Shown: positions 26,222 through 36,505, numbered from the stretch's first letter. The stretch is 52,368 nt of DNA from Candidatus Omnitrophota bacterium (GCA_029568545.1 JAKQAH010000165.1:1-52368); one strand, 5' to 3'. Numbers and translations: made by a program. Notes: generated from the letters alone by a model not told the origin.

Positions 26222-26362
26222 GCAGGACCATTGCTGTATAAACGTCTATCCGTATTTTTCTGCTTCATCATCAATTTTATTTTTTAAGGATCATGCAATC
26301 TTGTGTTGTGTTCCAAGGGCAGGAGAGGCTTTGATTCGAAGCTCTGGTAGAAAAGAAAGAAG

Positions 26363-28093
26363 ATGAACGGCATTTTAAAGAAATCTCTCATCGCTCTCCT
26401 GGGCGCCTGCTCGCTCTCTTGCAGCCATCTTTTGCCTCCAACATCCCCATCTGTTCCGATGGAAGATCTTCATATCCACGAAGATGTTCTTTATCCCGCG
26501 TCGCCCTTTCAAGATGCTGTCAGCCGCGCATTCTCCGAAGATGAGCATTACATCAATATTCTCAACGTCGGGGATGAGGCGCTCCTCGCGAGGATCCACC
26601 TGATCCGCGCCGCGCAAAAAGCCGTTTATATCCAGACCTTTATTTGGGCCGATGATGAGACCGGGCGCTTGGTTATCAAGGAGCTAGTGGAGGCGGCCAA
26701 GCGCGGCGTCAAGGTCAAGATCTTGGTTGACTATCTGACGCTCGGCCGGAAACTTGACAATATTGCTTATCTGGCCACGGCCCATCCGAACATTGAATTC
26801 AAGATTTATAATCCGATTGCCCAGCAAATCCGCCCCTCGGCGCTAAATCTGATCAAGGGCTACGGCCTCGATTTTAAGAAAACGAACAGGCGGATGCATA
26901 ATAAGATTTTTGTGGTCGATGACAGGATCGGGATCACCGGCGGGCGGAACATTGAGAATGATTATTACGACCGCGGGAGCGCGAGAAATTTTAAGGACCG
27001 GGATGTTCTGGTGGCGGGGCCGGCCGTTAAGGTCATGACGGATTCTTTTATCGACTATTGGAATTTCAAGCTTTCGGTGGCGGCAGATGACATGGTGGAT
27101 CTCCATCGGCTGATCGAGGAGGAAACGAAACGCCAGGCGGGCCAGGAAAAAGATTTTCGTTTGGGGGGGATCTTCGATGATTTGGGAATTTGCGCCTCAG
27201 ATAACGCATGTGTCAGGAAAACATTGGTTAACGCGGGATTTTATGTGGCAGGAAAGGTGACCTTTGTTTACGACAAGCCCGGTAAAAGCGAACGCATCGG
27301 GAAATACAAAGTGACGGCGGTTAGCGATTCAGTCCTGAGCCTTTTAGAGGGAGCGGAAAACTCTGTGGTCATGCAGACGCCATATTTGATCGTCCAGCGC
27401 AAATGGTCCAGCGTCTTTCGGCGCATTCGCCGCGACCATCCGGGTATGGAAATCCTGGTCTCAAGCAACAGCCTGGCCGCTGCCGATCATGTGCATGCCT
27501 ATGCGTTTTCCTTCAAGAACAAGAAAAAATACGTCAAACATTTTAAATGGCGGATTTTTGAATTCAAACCGGCCCCGCGCGATGCGGATCGCATGATCAA
27601 ATTGATCCTGGCTGTCAAACGCGCGGCAACATATTATGCGTGTATTCATGCGAAGTCGTATATCTTCGATGATAAGATTGCGTGGATCGGCTCGTTCAAT
27701 CTCGATCCCCGGTCGAAGAACCTGAACACGGAAGTCGGGCTTGTGATTTATGATGAAAAAGTCGCCCAAGAGCTGAAAAAGGATATTCTGCGCGATATGG
27801 CGCCGCTCAACAGCTGGACGATCGGGAAACGCAAGGAGATCCCGGTCGTTTCCCGCGTCAGCGGATCGATCGACGACATTATGGAAGCGGTTCCCTTGAT
27901 CCATGTCTGGCCGTTTGATTATGCGTCAAGTTTTGAATTGAAAGAAGGCAAAGAAGAGGTCCCGTTCTATCACGAGGATTTTTACGATCATTACCGCGAT
28001 GTCGGAATCTTCCCGCAAATGAGGCTGAGCGCGGCTGAGATCAAAACGCGGCTGCTCAAATCGTTTTTCGGCGTCATGGAAGGATTGATGTGA
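26363..28093 (+). CDS. phospholipase D family lipoprotein (two HKD motifs)
   Basis: Lipobox LLGAC. HKD1 is MHNKIFVVDDRIGITGGRNIEND; HKD2 is IHAKSYIFDDKIAWIGSFNLDPRS. Confidence 0.85.
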   Translation: MNGILKKSLIALLGACSLSCSHLLPPTSPSVPMEDLHIHEDVLYPASPFQDAVSRAFSEDEHYINILNVGDEALLARIHLIRAAQKAVYIQTFIWADDETGRLVIKELVEAAKRGVKVKILVDYLTLGRKLDNIAYLATAHPNIEFKIYNPIAQQIRPSALNLIKGYGLDFKKTNRRMHNKIFVVDDRIGITGGRNIENDYYDRGSARNFKDRDVLVAGPAVKVMTDSFIDYWNFKLSVAADDMVDLHRLIEEETKRQAGQEKDFRLGGIFDDLGICASDNACVRKTLVNAGFYVAGKVTFVYDKPGKSERIGKYKVTAVSDSVLSLLEGAENSVVMQTPYLIVQRKWSSVFRRIRRDHPGMEILVSSNSLAAADHVHAYAFSFKNKKKYVKHFKWRIFEFKPAPRDADRMIKLILAVKRAATYYACIHAKSYIFDDKIAWIGSFNLDPRSKNLNTEVGLVIYDEKVAQELKKDILRDMAPLNSWTIGKRKEIPVVSRVSGSIDDIMEAVPLIHVWPFDYASSFELKEGKEEVPFYHEDFYDHYRDVGIFPQMRLSAAEIKTRLLKSFFGVMEGLM

Positions 28094-28100
28094 CCGTTTT

Positions 28101-28610
28101 ATGAAAGAGAAAACAGTTGTTGTGAATGACAAAATGCAACAGGGGTACCGATATCGTCTGGCCGAGCCCATGGGAAAGAATTTTGCCGAGGATTTTAGGC
28201 CTGAATTGACGCCCAAGGAAATGCTGGAACTCGGCGTTTTCGGCGGGAAGTACATGACGGATTGTCGCAAGGAATTTCCTGCGGACTGGTTTGCCAAAGC
28301 GAAATTATGCTCCCAGCGCCATGATCCTGCCTTGAATTGTTTCGGGGTCAATGCCAGTCAGCCGCTTTCCGTCTGGCGCAAAAAAGGATGGATTCATCCG
28401 GCGGATCCGCGCGGCTGGTTCCAATGGTACTGCCGCTATTATATGGGGCGGCGCCTGCCGGAGGAAGACCGGCGGCAGATTATACGCTGGAAGGCGATCC
28501 AGCGGCATATCTCTCAGATCAAAAAATATTGCCCTCAAGGTGATTTGAGTTGCCGTCCGCGGCAGCGCCAAGCAGTTCTGCATTGGGCTTATGACAGTAG
28601 AAAAATCTAA
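28101..28610 (+). CDS. conserved hypothetical protein
   Basis: 169-aa ORF, tightly packed with its neighbours and Trp/Arg-rich (GWIHPADPRGWFQWYCRYYMGRR). I cannot name the family. Confidence 0.5.
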   Translation: MKEKTVVVNDKMQQGYRYRLAEPMGKNFAEDFRPELTPKEMLELGVFGGKYMTDCRKEFPADWFAKAKLCSQRHDPALNCFGVNASQPLSVWRKKGWIHPADPRGWFQWYCRYYMGRRLPEEDRRQIIRWKAIQRHISQIKKYCPQGDLSCRPRQRQAVLHWAYDSRKI

Positions 28611-28643
28611 TCTATTGATGCTGGAGCCAGATAGGAGGCTTCT

Positions 28644-29573
28644 ATGGCCCAAAATTATATTTTGAAAGAAAAAATTAAAATGGGGATCAGCGCGTGCAAT
28701 TTCGGAGCGATGGTCCGTTACAATAATATCGGGTGGGACCGGGCCAGCTTGATCGGCCGCCAGAAATTCGATTATGTCTGGACGCCGGTTTGCCCGGAAG
28801 TGAACAGCGGCCTTGGAGTCCCTCGCGATCCTATGAAGCTGGTCAACGGCAACGGCGATGATTTTTGGGCCGGCAACGCCAGGATGAAAAATAAGAAAGG
28901 CCGCGATGTCGGCGACGATGTGCGTAAGGGATCGGCGGCCTCGTTAGAGATCCTCAAGCGCGTCAATATTGACGCGTTTGTTTTTATGGACGGCAGCCCG
29001 TCCTGCGGGGTCTATCGGACCACGCTCAAGAATAACAGGCTCGGCAAGCCGCCAGGCGTTTTCGGCTCGCTATTGTTGAAGGAAGATCTGTTCCTGATTC
29101 CCGCTCTTGATCTGGAAAGCCCGTGGAAATGGTGGGATTGGAGCCGGCGGCTGCATGCGTTCGTCTGGCTCAAGCGAAAAGAAATCAAAACCAAGAAAGA
29201 GCTCTACGACATTTGGCATGCGCTTAAATTTATCTGCCAGGAAGCCGATGTTCCCTGCGCCAATGCAATCGGCCAAAGGCTCGCCGGTGCGCCTAAGAAA
29301 ATCGACGGCGATTTCATCGCGAAGTGGAAATCGGATGTCCTTCAATTGATCCGCCGCCCGTCGACCTTAAAGCGCATCCAGGCAGTCATGGTCAAGCATT
29401 ACGCGCATTACAGGAAACATTTCAGTCGTGACGGTTCGGGCATTCAAGCTCCCGACGCTTCTCGGAGCAAGCAGATCTTCGTCGAAGAATTGGGGAAGAT
29501 GGAGCGCAAGGCGGCCCAGGAAGGCTATCATTTTGCCGGCCGGCCGATTGTATACAAGCCGGGAAGGAGTTAA
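28644..29573 (+). CDS. DUF523/DUF1722 domain protein (YbgA-like)
   Basis: N-terminal GISACNFGAMVRYNN resembles the DUF523 SaCLlG..vRYdG motif. The helical C-terminal half is consistent with DUF1722. Confidence 0.5.
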   Translation: MAQNYILKEKIKMGISACNFGAMVRYNNIGWDRASLIGRQKFDYVWTPVCPEVNSGLGVPRDPMKLVNGNGDDFWAGNARMKNKKGRDVGDDVRKGSAASLEILKRVNIDAFVFMDGSPSCGVYRTTLKNNRLGKPPGVFGSLLLKEDLFLIPALDLESPWKWWDWSRRLHAFVWLKRKEIKTKKELYDIWHALKFICQEADVPCANAIGQRLAGAPKKIDGDFIAKWKSDVLQLIRRPSTLKRIQAVMVKHYAHYRKHFSRDGSGIQAPDASRSKQIFVEELGKMERKAAQEGYHFAGRPIVYKPGRS

Positions 29574-29954
29574 CTCTTTTTAAAGAAAAAGTTTTGTACA
29601 AAAGAATTATTGCCAGAGCAACAGAATTGATCGATCCATGGATAGTCAAAAGCAACGCGGTTTATAATGCTAAAAGCGAGGAACGGATTTATAATAAAAT
29701 GATTTTTATTTGTCGTGCGGATCAGGCGGTCAAATATTTGCGCGATGTTTCGCTCAATGAATTCCTGCTTTTACGCCATGGCAGATAAAATCCGCCAGAG
29801 CGGTCTTGGTGAGATGTTCATTCGAAAATGGAGGTATTGTTTTTTTATTACACGGGGACTTTTAACGCGCGCAACATCAGGATTGCCCAAGCGGTTTTCA
29901 GCCGTTACAATAATCTGGAGTTCATGTCGTCTTAAAATGCTGTCTCTCTTGAGT

Positions 29955-30770
29955 ATGAAAAATAAAATACTTACTGCCCTGTTCATCGTGTGCTTTTCCC
30001 TGTCGCTTGCATTCGCCGCTGAGTTGTCTAAATTGGAAAATATCCAGAAGGTTATCAGCGGGGATACGTTCCAGCTGAAAAGCGGGAAAAAAGTCCGGTT
30101 GATCGGCGTTGACGCGCCGGAAATCGAAGCTAATAAGAAAGCCAAAGAAGAGGCGGAACGGACGGGGCAGGATGTTGATGCGATCGTCCGAAGGGGGAAA
30201 GAGGCGCAAGAATGGGTCAAAACCCGTTTAGAGGGGAAAAATATTTTTTTGAAATACGATAAGAAAAAAAAAGACAGCGATGGCACGGATTTGGTTTATG
30301 CTTATCTTTATGATGTCTCGACTTTTTATGGGGGGATTGTTTATGCCCAATTGTTTGAAGACTTGCAATTCGAGTGGTGGCAGGTGCCGCAGCGGGGAAA
30401 ATTTCTTTTCATCAACGCGACGCTTGTGCGGGCGGGCTATGGTTTGCCGGTCGCGGACCCGCCCAATGTAGAATACGCGAGTTTATTTGAGCGCGCCTAT
30501 CAAGAAGCGAAAGAAAATTACGAAGGGCTTTGGAGTGCCGATTATTTTTCAGTGCCGTGCGCAAAAGAGGGAGAGAAGATTGGGGATTGCCCCGGCTGCG
30601 TTGTTAAATGTTGCAAAGGCTTGGAGCCGATGTTTGCTCTTAGCGTCGCCGATGAATGCCAGGAGTTCCCGCTTCCGGGATCGGGAGGCTATTGCAGCAA
30701 TTGCGGCAATAATATTTGCGAATCTCAGCATTTAGAAGACAATTGCAACTGCCCAAAGGATTGCGACTGA
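29955..30770 (+). CDS. secreted thermonuclease (SNase)-like protein with Cys-rich C-terminal extension
   Basis: ATG at 29955 gives a signal peptide ending AFA|AE. ISGDTFQLKSGKKVRLIGVDAPE and NATLVRAGYG are SNase motifs. The last ~70 aa contain 13 Cys. Confidence 0.75.
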   Translation: MKNKILTALFIVCFSLSLAFAAELSKLENIQKVISGDTFQLKSGKKVRLIGVDAPEIEANKKAKEEAERTGQDVDAIVRRGKEAQEWVKTRLEGKNIFLKYDKKKKDSDGTDLVYAYLYDVSTFYGGIVYAQLFEDLQFEWWQVPQRGKFLFINATLVRAGYGLPVADPPNVEYASLFERAYQEAKENYEGLWSADYFSVPCAKEGEKIGDCPGCVVKCCKGLEPMFALSVADECQEFPLPGSGGYCSNCGNNICESQHLEDNCNCPKDCD

Positions 30771-30860
30771 AACGAAGTTCTGTCATTGCTTTTTCTTCCA
30801 ACTTGCTCTAGAATACACCCTTTAATTCTTTGTTTTCGCCCATTCTTAGAAAACCGGTTT

Positions 30861-31817
30861 ATGAGAATACTGTATAACAAGATCTTTCTGGAACACGATA
30901 CGGGAATGCATCCGGAGAACCGCAAGCGTCTCATAGCCTGCGGTGATCTTCCGGAAGCCATGATCGAGAACGGTGAAGATCATCTGGGTCTGGTTCACGC
31001 CCAAGAATATATCGAAACCATAAAAAAGCTCTGTAAGACTGGCGGCCATATCGATGCGGATACGATTGTGTCGAGGCGCAGTTACGAAGCGGCTGTTTAT
31101 GCGGTCGGGGCAACTTTGATGGCGGCGCGGCAAAATGATTTTGCCTTGGTCCGCCCTCCGGGGCATCATGCCCATCCGTCGCGCGCGAGCGGTTTTTGCG
31201 TGTTCAATAATGTTGCAATCGCAGCCCGGAAGCTGGCTCAGGAAGGAAAAAAAGTCCTGATCTTTGACTTTGACGGTCACCTGGGGGACGGAACGGAAAA
31301 ATTCTTCTACGAATCAAACGATGTCTTTTATTGGTCGCTGCATCAGTATCCGGCTTTCCCGGGATGGGGCAATGAGGACGAGATCGGTTCAGGAAAAGGC
31401 AAGGGTTTTACGATCAATGTGCCTTTGCCTCCGGGAAGCGGGGATGATCTTTTTTGGAAGGCCATGGAGATGACTTTGCCGGTCGTTCATCAGTTTGCGC
31501 CCGATGTCGTGGCTGTTTCGGCCGGATTTGATGCGCATCACGCCGATCTTCTTCTTGATTTGCGCCTGAGCACGACAACGTTTTACCGAATCGGAAAAAT
31601 GCTCCGCGAAGAATTTAAGGATGTTTTCGCCACGCTGGAAGGCGGCTATAATATCGATTACCTGCCGCTGTGCATCAAAAATTTTATAAACGGATTCAAT
31701 AACGAGCCGATCCACTCCGAGGACTCTTCGACAGACTCGACGATCCAGGTAACGCATGAATTTGAGATGCGGATGAGCGGCCTGATGAAGAACCTTGCAC
31801 CATACTGGAAGATATAA
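30861..31817 (+). CDS. histone deacetylase-family (class II/AcuC-like) deacetylase
   Basis: ATG at 30861. Motifs RPPGHHA, FDFDGHLGDGT and LEGGYN. Confidence 0.85.
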   Translation: MRILYNKIFLEHDTGMHPENRKRLIACGDLPEAMIENGEDHLGLVHAQEYIETIKKLCKTGGHIDADTIVSRRSYEAAVYAVGATLMAARQNDFALVRPPGHHAHPSRASGFCVFNNVAIAARKLAQEGKKVLIFDFDGHLGDGTEKFFYESNDVFYWSLHQYPAFPGWGNEDEIGSGKGKGFTINVPLPPGSGDDLFWKAMEMTLPVVHQFAPDVVAVSAGFDAHHADLLLDLRLSTTTFYRIGKMLREEFKDVFATLEGGYNIDYLPLCIKNFINGFNNEPIHSEDSSTDSTIQVTHEFEMRMSGLMKNLAPYWKI

Positions 31818-31820
31818 CCC

Positions 31821-34484
31821 ATGAAAAATCTCGATCCTCTTTTTAATCCCCAGACCATTGCGGTCATCGGGGCTTCAAGCAACAAAGAAAGCGTCGGGTA
31901 CGGCGTCATGCATAATCTTATCGGCCAAGGATATGAGGGGGTCGTTTACCCGATCAATCCTGTCCGGAAAAGCGTCCAAGGCGTTAAGGCCTATCCCTCG
32001 ATCGTGCAGGCGCCCGAAAAGATCGATCTTGCGATCATCGTTACGCCCGCTGCCACCGTTCCCGGGATCGTGGAAGAATGCGGGCAAGCGGGAGTCAAAA
32101 GCCTTGTGATCATCTCTTCCGGATTCAAAGAAGCCGGCAAGGATGGAGTGAAAATGTACGCCCAGCTGCAAAAAACGATCAGGAAATTCCATATGAGCGT
32201 GCTGGGCCCGAACTGTCTTGGGTTTTTGCGCCCGTCGCTGAATTTGAACGCGAGTTTTTCTCCCCAAAACGGTCTGAAAGGCAATATTGCTTTTATTTCC
32301 CAGAGTGGAGCTCTTGGGACTGCCATTATCGATTGGGCCCGCAAGCAGCATGTTGGCTTTAGCTATTTTGTTTCGGTCGGGTCCATGATCGATGTTGATT
32401 ACGCGGACCTGATCGATTATTTCGGACAAGATCCTTATACATCGAGTATTCTGATCTACATGGAATCGATCGCGAGCGCGCGGCGGTTCTTAAGCGCGGC
32501 CCGGGCGTTTGCCCGCACCAAACCGATCATTGTTCTGAAAGCCGGAAGGAGCTCCGAAGGGTCCAAAGCGGCCCTTTCCCATACGGGAAGCTTGACGGGA
32601 GATGACGCTGTTTTCGACGCGGCCTTTAAGCGGGCGGGCGTGGTCCGGGTCGGGACGATCGGGGAGCTTTTCGATTGCGCCCAGACATTATCGATGCAGC
32701 GCAAGGCAAAAGGCAACAGACTGGCCATCGTCACGAATGCCGGCGGCCCAGGCGTTATTGCGACCGATCATCTGATCGAAAAAGGCGGGACTCTGGCTGA
32801 ATTATCACCTGATACGATGGAGAATCTGAATAAATTCATGCCGCCGACCTGGAGCCGGTCCAATCCCGTTGATGTTCTGGGAGACGCTGATGAAAAGCGC
32901 TATCGCACGGCTGTGGAATTCTGTTTACGGGATCCGGGGGTCGATGGGGTTTTGGCCATTTTAACGCCCCAAACCGTAACAAACCCCTCGGCCATTGCCC
33001 GAATGATCACCGAGCTGTCCAAAGCGCATCAAAAAATGATCTTGACAGCTTGGATGGGGGAAATTCAAGTCGAGGAAGGGCGCGACATTTTGAAAAAAGC
33101 GAATGTGCCGGTTTATGCTATTCCCGAAAATGCCGTGCGGAGCTTTTTGAACATATACCAGTATTCGCGCAATCTGGAGCTCTTGTACGAAACGCCGGCG
33201 ACAATTCCCCATGCCTTCAAGCCCGAGACTCACAAGAACCGGGAGATCATCGACCGGATCCTGGATCAAGGCCGGTTTACGCTCACGGAACGTGAAGCCT
33301 GCCAGCTTTTGGCCAATTATCAGATTCCGGTCATCAAAGATGCGTTAGCGAAAAGCCCCGAAGAGGCCGCCGCATTGTCTGCTCAAATCGGCTTTCCGGT
33401 TGTCATGAAAATCTCTTCGCCGGATATTCTGCATAAGACGGATGTTGGCGGGGTTAGACTGAATATTCGCACCCCGGAACGGGCCAAAGAGACTTATGAA
33501 GAGATTATCAAGTCGGCCGCGAGTTTTTCCCCGCAAGCTAAGATCGAGGGCGTGACGATCCAAGAGATGATTTCGAAAAAGTATGAAGTCCTGATCGGAT
33601 CCAAGAGGGATCCGATATTCGGGCCCGTGATCGTTTTTGGCATGGGAGGTACGGCTGTTGAAATTTTTAAGGATACAAATGTCGGCCTTCCTCCTTTGAA
33701 CATGGCCTTGGCCCAAAGGCTGATCGAAGATACAAAAATTTATAAGTTGCTGAAAGGATACCGGAACATCGCCGGGATGGACATGAAGGCGCTTCAATTC
33801 CTTCTTAATAAATTCGCGTATCTGCTTATGGATTTTCCCGATATCAAAGAAATCGACATGAATCCGATCGCGATTGATGAGCACGGGAGCGTTGTTCTGG
33901 ACGCAAAGGTTGTTTTGGATCCTGAGGTGAGGAAGAAGCATAAACGGCCGTATGAGCACATGGTGATCTCGCCGTATCCGGAAGAGTATATCAAGAAAGA
34001 GAATTTAAAGAACGGCCAACCGGTCATTTTACGTCCTATCCGCCCCGAAGATGAGCCGCTGGAAGCCGAAATGTTCACGAACTTTTCGAAAGAGACCCAG
34101 CGTTTCCGCTTTTTCACCCTCATCAAGGATATTACCCACGAGCTGCTGATCCGCTATACGCAAATCGATTATGACCGCGAGATCGCGATCATTGCTGAGC
34201 TGACCGAGGGCCAGAGAAAGAAAATGGCGGGCGTGGTGAGGCTGATCGCGGATGCTTACAACCAGACCGCGGAATTCGCCATTGTTGTCGCTGATCCTTG
34301 GCACAATTTAGGCTTGGGGAACATGCTCACCGATTATATTCTCCAGATCGCGCGCGAGAAAGAGATCAAAAAAGTGTATGCGAACGTCCTTCCGGACAAT
34401 CACATCATGGAGCATATCTTCAAGAAGCGCGGGTTCAAGTTCACCTTCCAGCAGGATGTTTGCTACGCTGAATTAAAACTTTAG
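31821..34484 (+). CDS. Pat-type protein lysine acetyltransferase (ADP-forming acyl-CoA synthetase-like domains fused to C-terminal GNAT)
   Basis: CoA-binding N-terminus (IAVIGAS...GY), succinyl-CoA-synthetase-like and ATP-grasp parts. C-terminal GNAT (RFRFF...VADPWHNLGLGNML...). 887 aa, as in Pat/YfiQ. Confidence 0.8.
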   Translation: MKNLDPLFNPQTIAVIGASSNKESVGYGVMHNLIGQGYEGVVYPINPVRKSVQGVKAYPSIVQAPEKIDLAIIVTPAATVPGIVEECGQAGVKSLVIISSGFKEAGKDGVKMYAQLQKTIRKFHMSVLGPNCLGFLRPSLNLNASFSPQNGLKGNIAFISQSGALGTAIIDWARKQHVGFSYFVSVGSMIDVDYADLIDYFGQDPYTSSILIYMESIASARRFLSAARAFARTKPIIVLKAGRSSEGSKAALSHTGSLTGDDAVFDAAFKRAGVVRVGTIGELFDCAQTLSMQRKAKGNRLAIVTNAGGPGVIATDHLIEKGGTLAELSPDTMENLNKFMPPTWSRSNPVDVLGDADEKRYRTAVEFCLRDPGVDGVLAILTPQTVTNPSAIARMITELSKAHQKMILTAWMGEIQVEEGRDILKKANVPVYAIPENAVRSFLNIYQYSRNLELLYETPATIPHAFKPETHKNREIIDRILDQGRFTLTEREACQLLANYQIPVIKDALAKSPEEAAALSAQIGFPVVMKISSPDILHKTDVGGVRLNIRTPERAKETYEEIIKSAASFSPQAKIEGVTIQEMISKKYEVLIGSKRDPIFGPVIVFGMGGTAVEIFKDTNVGLPPLNMALAQRLIEDTKIYKLLKGYRNIAGMDMKALQFLLNKFAYLLMDFPDIKEIDMNPIAIDEHGSVVLDAKVVLDPEVRKKHKRPYEHMVISPYPEEYIKKENLKNGQPVILRPIRPEDEPLEAEMFTNFSKETQRFRFFTLIKDITHELLIRYTQIDYDREIAIIAELTEGQRKKMAGVVRLIADAYNQTAEFAIVVADPWHNLGLGNMLTDYILQIAREKEIKKVYANVLPDNHIMEHIFKKRGFKFTFQQDVCYAELKL

Positions 34485-34501
34485 CGTGAATGTTTTCTTT
34501 A

Positions 34502-34530
34502 TTGCTAAAGCAGATGTTATTGGTTAGAAT
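34502..34530 (+). promoter_or_regulatory. sigma70-like promoter for the small KE-rich protein gene
   Basis: TTGCTA, 17-nt spacer, TAGAAT. Confidence 0.45.
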
Positions 34531-34566
34531 ATATTTTCAATACACTTTTTTAGGAAAGGAGAACAG

Positions 34567-34890
34567 ATGAAAAAGACATTGATGTTGGTTTTAGCGGCTC
34601 TGGTGGTTCTTTTCACGGCGCCATCATTTGCTCAGCAAGGCAGCAAAGGCGCGAGCGCGCAGGCTTATGAGCATGCCAGTGATGAGGCGGTTTTCAACAG
34701 GGTCGGCGATTGGTTCGCGACGATCGGAAAATCCGAAGAAGAAAAAGCGGCTATCAAAGCCCAAAGAAGGGCCGAGCGCGAGGCCAAGCGCATTGAGAAA
34801 GAAGCTAAGAAAAAAGCGCAGCAAGCTGAAGAAGAGATGGAGAAGCAGAAAAAAAATATCAACGAAAAAATGAAAGGGCTCGGGAAGTAA
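34567..34890 (+). CDS. small secreted Lys/Glu-rich protein, hypothetical
   Basis: RBS AAAGGAG and signal peptide ending SFA|QQ. Charged helical tail. Flanked by its own promoter and terminator. Confidence 0.6.
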   Translation: MKKTLMLVLAALVVLFTAPSFAQQGSKGASAQAYEHASDEAVFNRVGDWFATIGKSEEEKAAIKAQRRAEREAKRIEKEAKKKAQQAEEEMEKQKKNINEKMKGLGK

Positions 34891-34913
34891 GGCCAAACCC
34901 GATCTCGCATTCA

Positions 34914-34949
34914 AGGACAGCCGGAGAGATTCCCGGCTGTCCTTTTTTA
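34914..34949 (+). terminator. rho-independent terminator
   Basis: AGGACAGCCGG / loop AGAGATTC / CCGGCTGTCCT, followed by TTTTT. Confidence 0.8.
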
Positions 34950-35029
34950 TTGATTGCATTTTAAAAAAGGCATGTTAAAATAAGCCGTAAATAAACTTAT
35001 TAGAATGTCTCGGATCATGAAAGTGCCCC

Positions 35030-36505
35030 ATGTCGAGAATTTTTCCTAATGATTCCGCACGTAACGACAAAGGTCCGGAGTTGAAGAGCTCCGACCTTGC
35101 CTTTCTCCAATCCGACAAAGCTGAAGAAGATTTCCGCAAGCTTTACCGGTTCAGCCAGACGCTGATCAACACGATCCCCTATGGTATCGGCGTTGTCGAC
35201 GAGCATGGGAACATCTTGTATTTAAGCGATCGATTGGCATCGATGTTCAAGGAAAAGGCGATTGGAAAGAAATGCTGGGATTTGTATCGCGATAATAAGG
35301 AACAGTGCGCTTATTGCCCGTTGCGAAAAAACATTGAAGTCGGTGAGACGCGGACCATAGAATCTTCGGGTGTTTTCGGAGGGCGGATCTTCCAGATCAC
35401 GCATACAGGGATGATCTTTGATGGGAAAAAGGCCGTCCTTGAAGTCTATCACGATATTACTGAGCAGAAAAAGAACCAAGAGATCATCGGGGCTCTCGCG
35501 AGGAATTTGAGGGCCGAAAAGCGCAAACTGGAAAAAGTGTTAGGCATCGATCTGCGCATGCGCTCGATCCGCAAGCTCAACGACCTGGTTGACTTTATCG
35601 TGGAAAAATCCACGGAAATATTGGAGGCGGAAAAATGCTCTCTCATGCTTTTGGACCCCGATGCCAACGAATTGTCGATCCGCGGGGCCAAGGGCCTGGA
35701 CGACGAGATCATCAGACGATCGCGGGTCAAAGTCGGCACTTCCATCGCCGGCATGGTGGCTGAAGAAAATTGCCCGATCCTTGTCCGGGATATTGAGTCC
35801 AATGTCCGTTTTTCCCGGCAGAACCGCCCATCCTATCAAACCAAATCGTTTATGAGCGCCCCGATCAAGGTCCATAATAGGGTGATCGGCGTGGTCAATC
35901 TGGCCGACAAGCGATCGGACCAGGAACAGGTCTTCTCCGAGACGGACCTGAACATCCTCTGCACGATTGTCCATCTGGCTTCTGTCGCTATTGAGAACGC
36001 TGACTTTGTTCAGCAATTGACCCATCTTTCCATGACGGATCCCCTGACGGGCATCTACAATCATCGCTACTTTGTGGCCAGCCTCGACCGGGAAATCCAT
36101 CGGGCCAACCGCTATGGCAAGCCTCTGTGCCTGTTTATGATCGATGTCGATAATTTTAAGACCTATAACGATGCGTACGGACATCTTGAAGGGGACTATT
36201 TGCTTAAAACCGTTGCGGGTATTCTTAAATCCAATTTGCGTGTTGTGGATATTGTCTGCCGCTATGCCGGGGATGAATTTGTCGTTATTCTGCCGGAGAC
36301 AGACAGTGCAGAAGCGGTGACCGCCGCGGAAAAGATCAAAAAAGCTATAGAACATGCGATATTAAAGCAGAAAGTCACGATCAGTATTGGCATTGCCCAA
36401 TATGCCAGCCCCAACATGAACAAATATGACTTTATCCTTAAAGCGGATACGGCATTGTTCCAAGCCAAGAAACAGGGGAAGAACGCGATTCGCTCCTTCC
36501 GTTAA
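35030..36505 (+). CDS. PAS-GAF-GGDEF diguanylate cyclase
   Basis: PAS-like N-terminus, GAF region (LEAEKCSLMLLD...VNLADK). GGDEF domain with active-site RYAGDEFVVILP and an upstream RxxD-like inhibitory-site context. Confidence 0.85.
   Translation: MSRIFPNDSARNDKGPELKSSDLAFLQSDKAEEDFRKLYRFSQTLINTIPYGIGVVDEHGNILYLSDRLASMFKEKAIGKKCWDLYRDNKEQCAYCPLRKNIEVGETRTIESSGVFGGRIFQITHTGMIFDGKKAVLEVYHDITEQKKNQEIIGALARNLRAEKRKLEKVLGIDLRMRSIRKLNDLVDFIVEKSTEILEAEKCSLMLLDPDANELSIRGAKGLDDEIIRRSRVKVGTSIAGMVAEENCPILVRDIESNVRFSRQNRPSYQTKSFMSAPIKVHNRVIGVVNLADKRSDQEQVFSETDLNILCTIVHLASVAIENADFVQQLTHLSMTDPLTGIYNHRYFVASLDREIHRANRYGKPLCLFMIDVDNFKTYNDAYGHLEGDYLLKTVAGILKSNLRVVDIVCRYAGDEFVVILPETDSAEAVTAAEKIKKAIEHAILKQKVTISIGIAQYASPNMNKYDFILKADTALFQAKKQGKNAIRSFR

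Noticed and set aside
29574-29954. 380-bp gap with ORF 29594-29788 (64 aa) and the long N-terminal extension of ORF 29715-30770
   Set aside because: I see no RBS, signal or family motif. The SNase gene has a convincing signal peptide starting at ATG 29955. The gap may hold a promoter or a decayed gene remnant, but I cannot support either.
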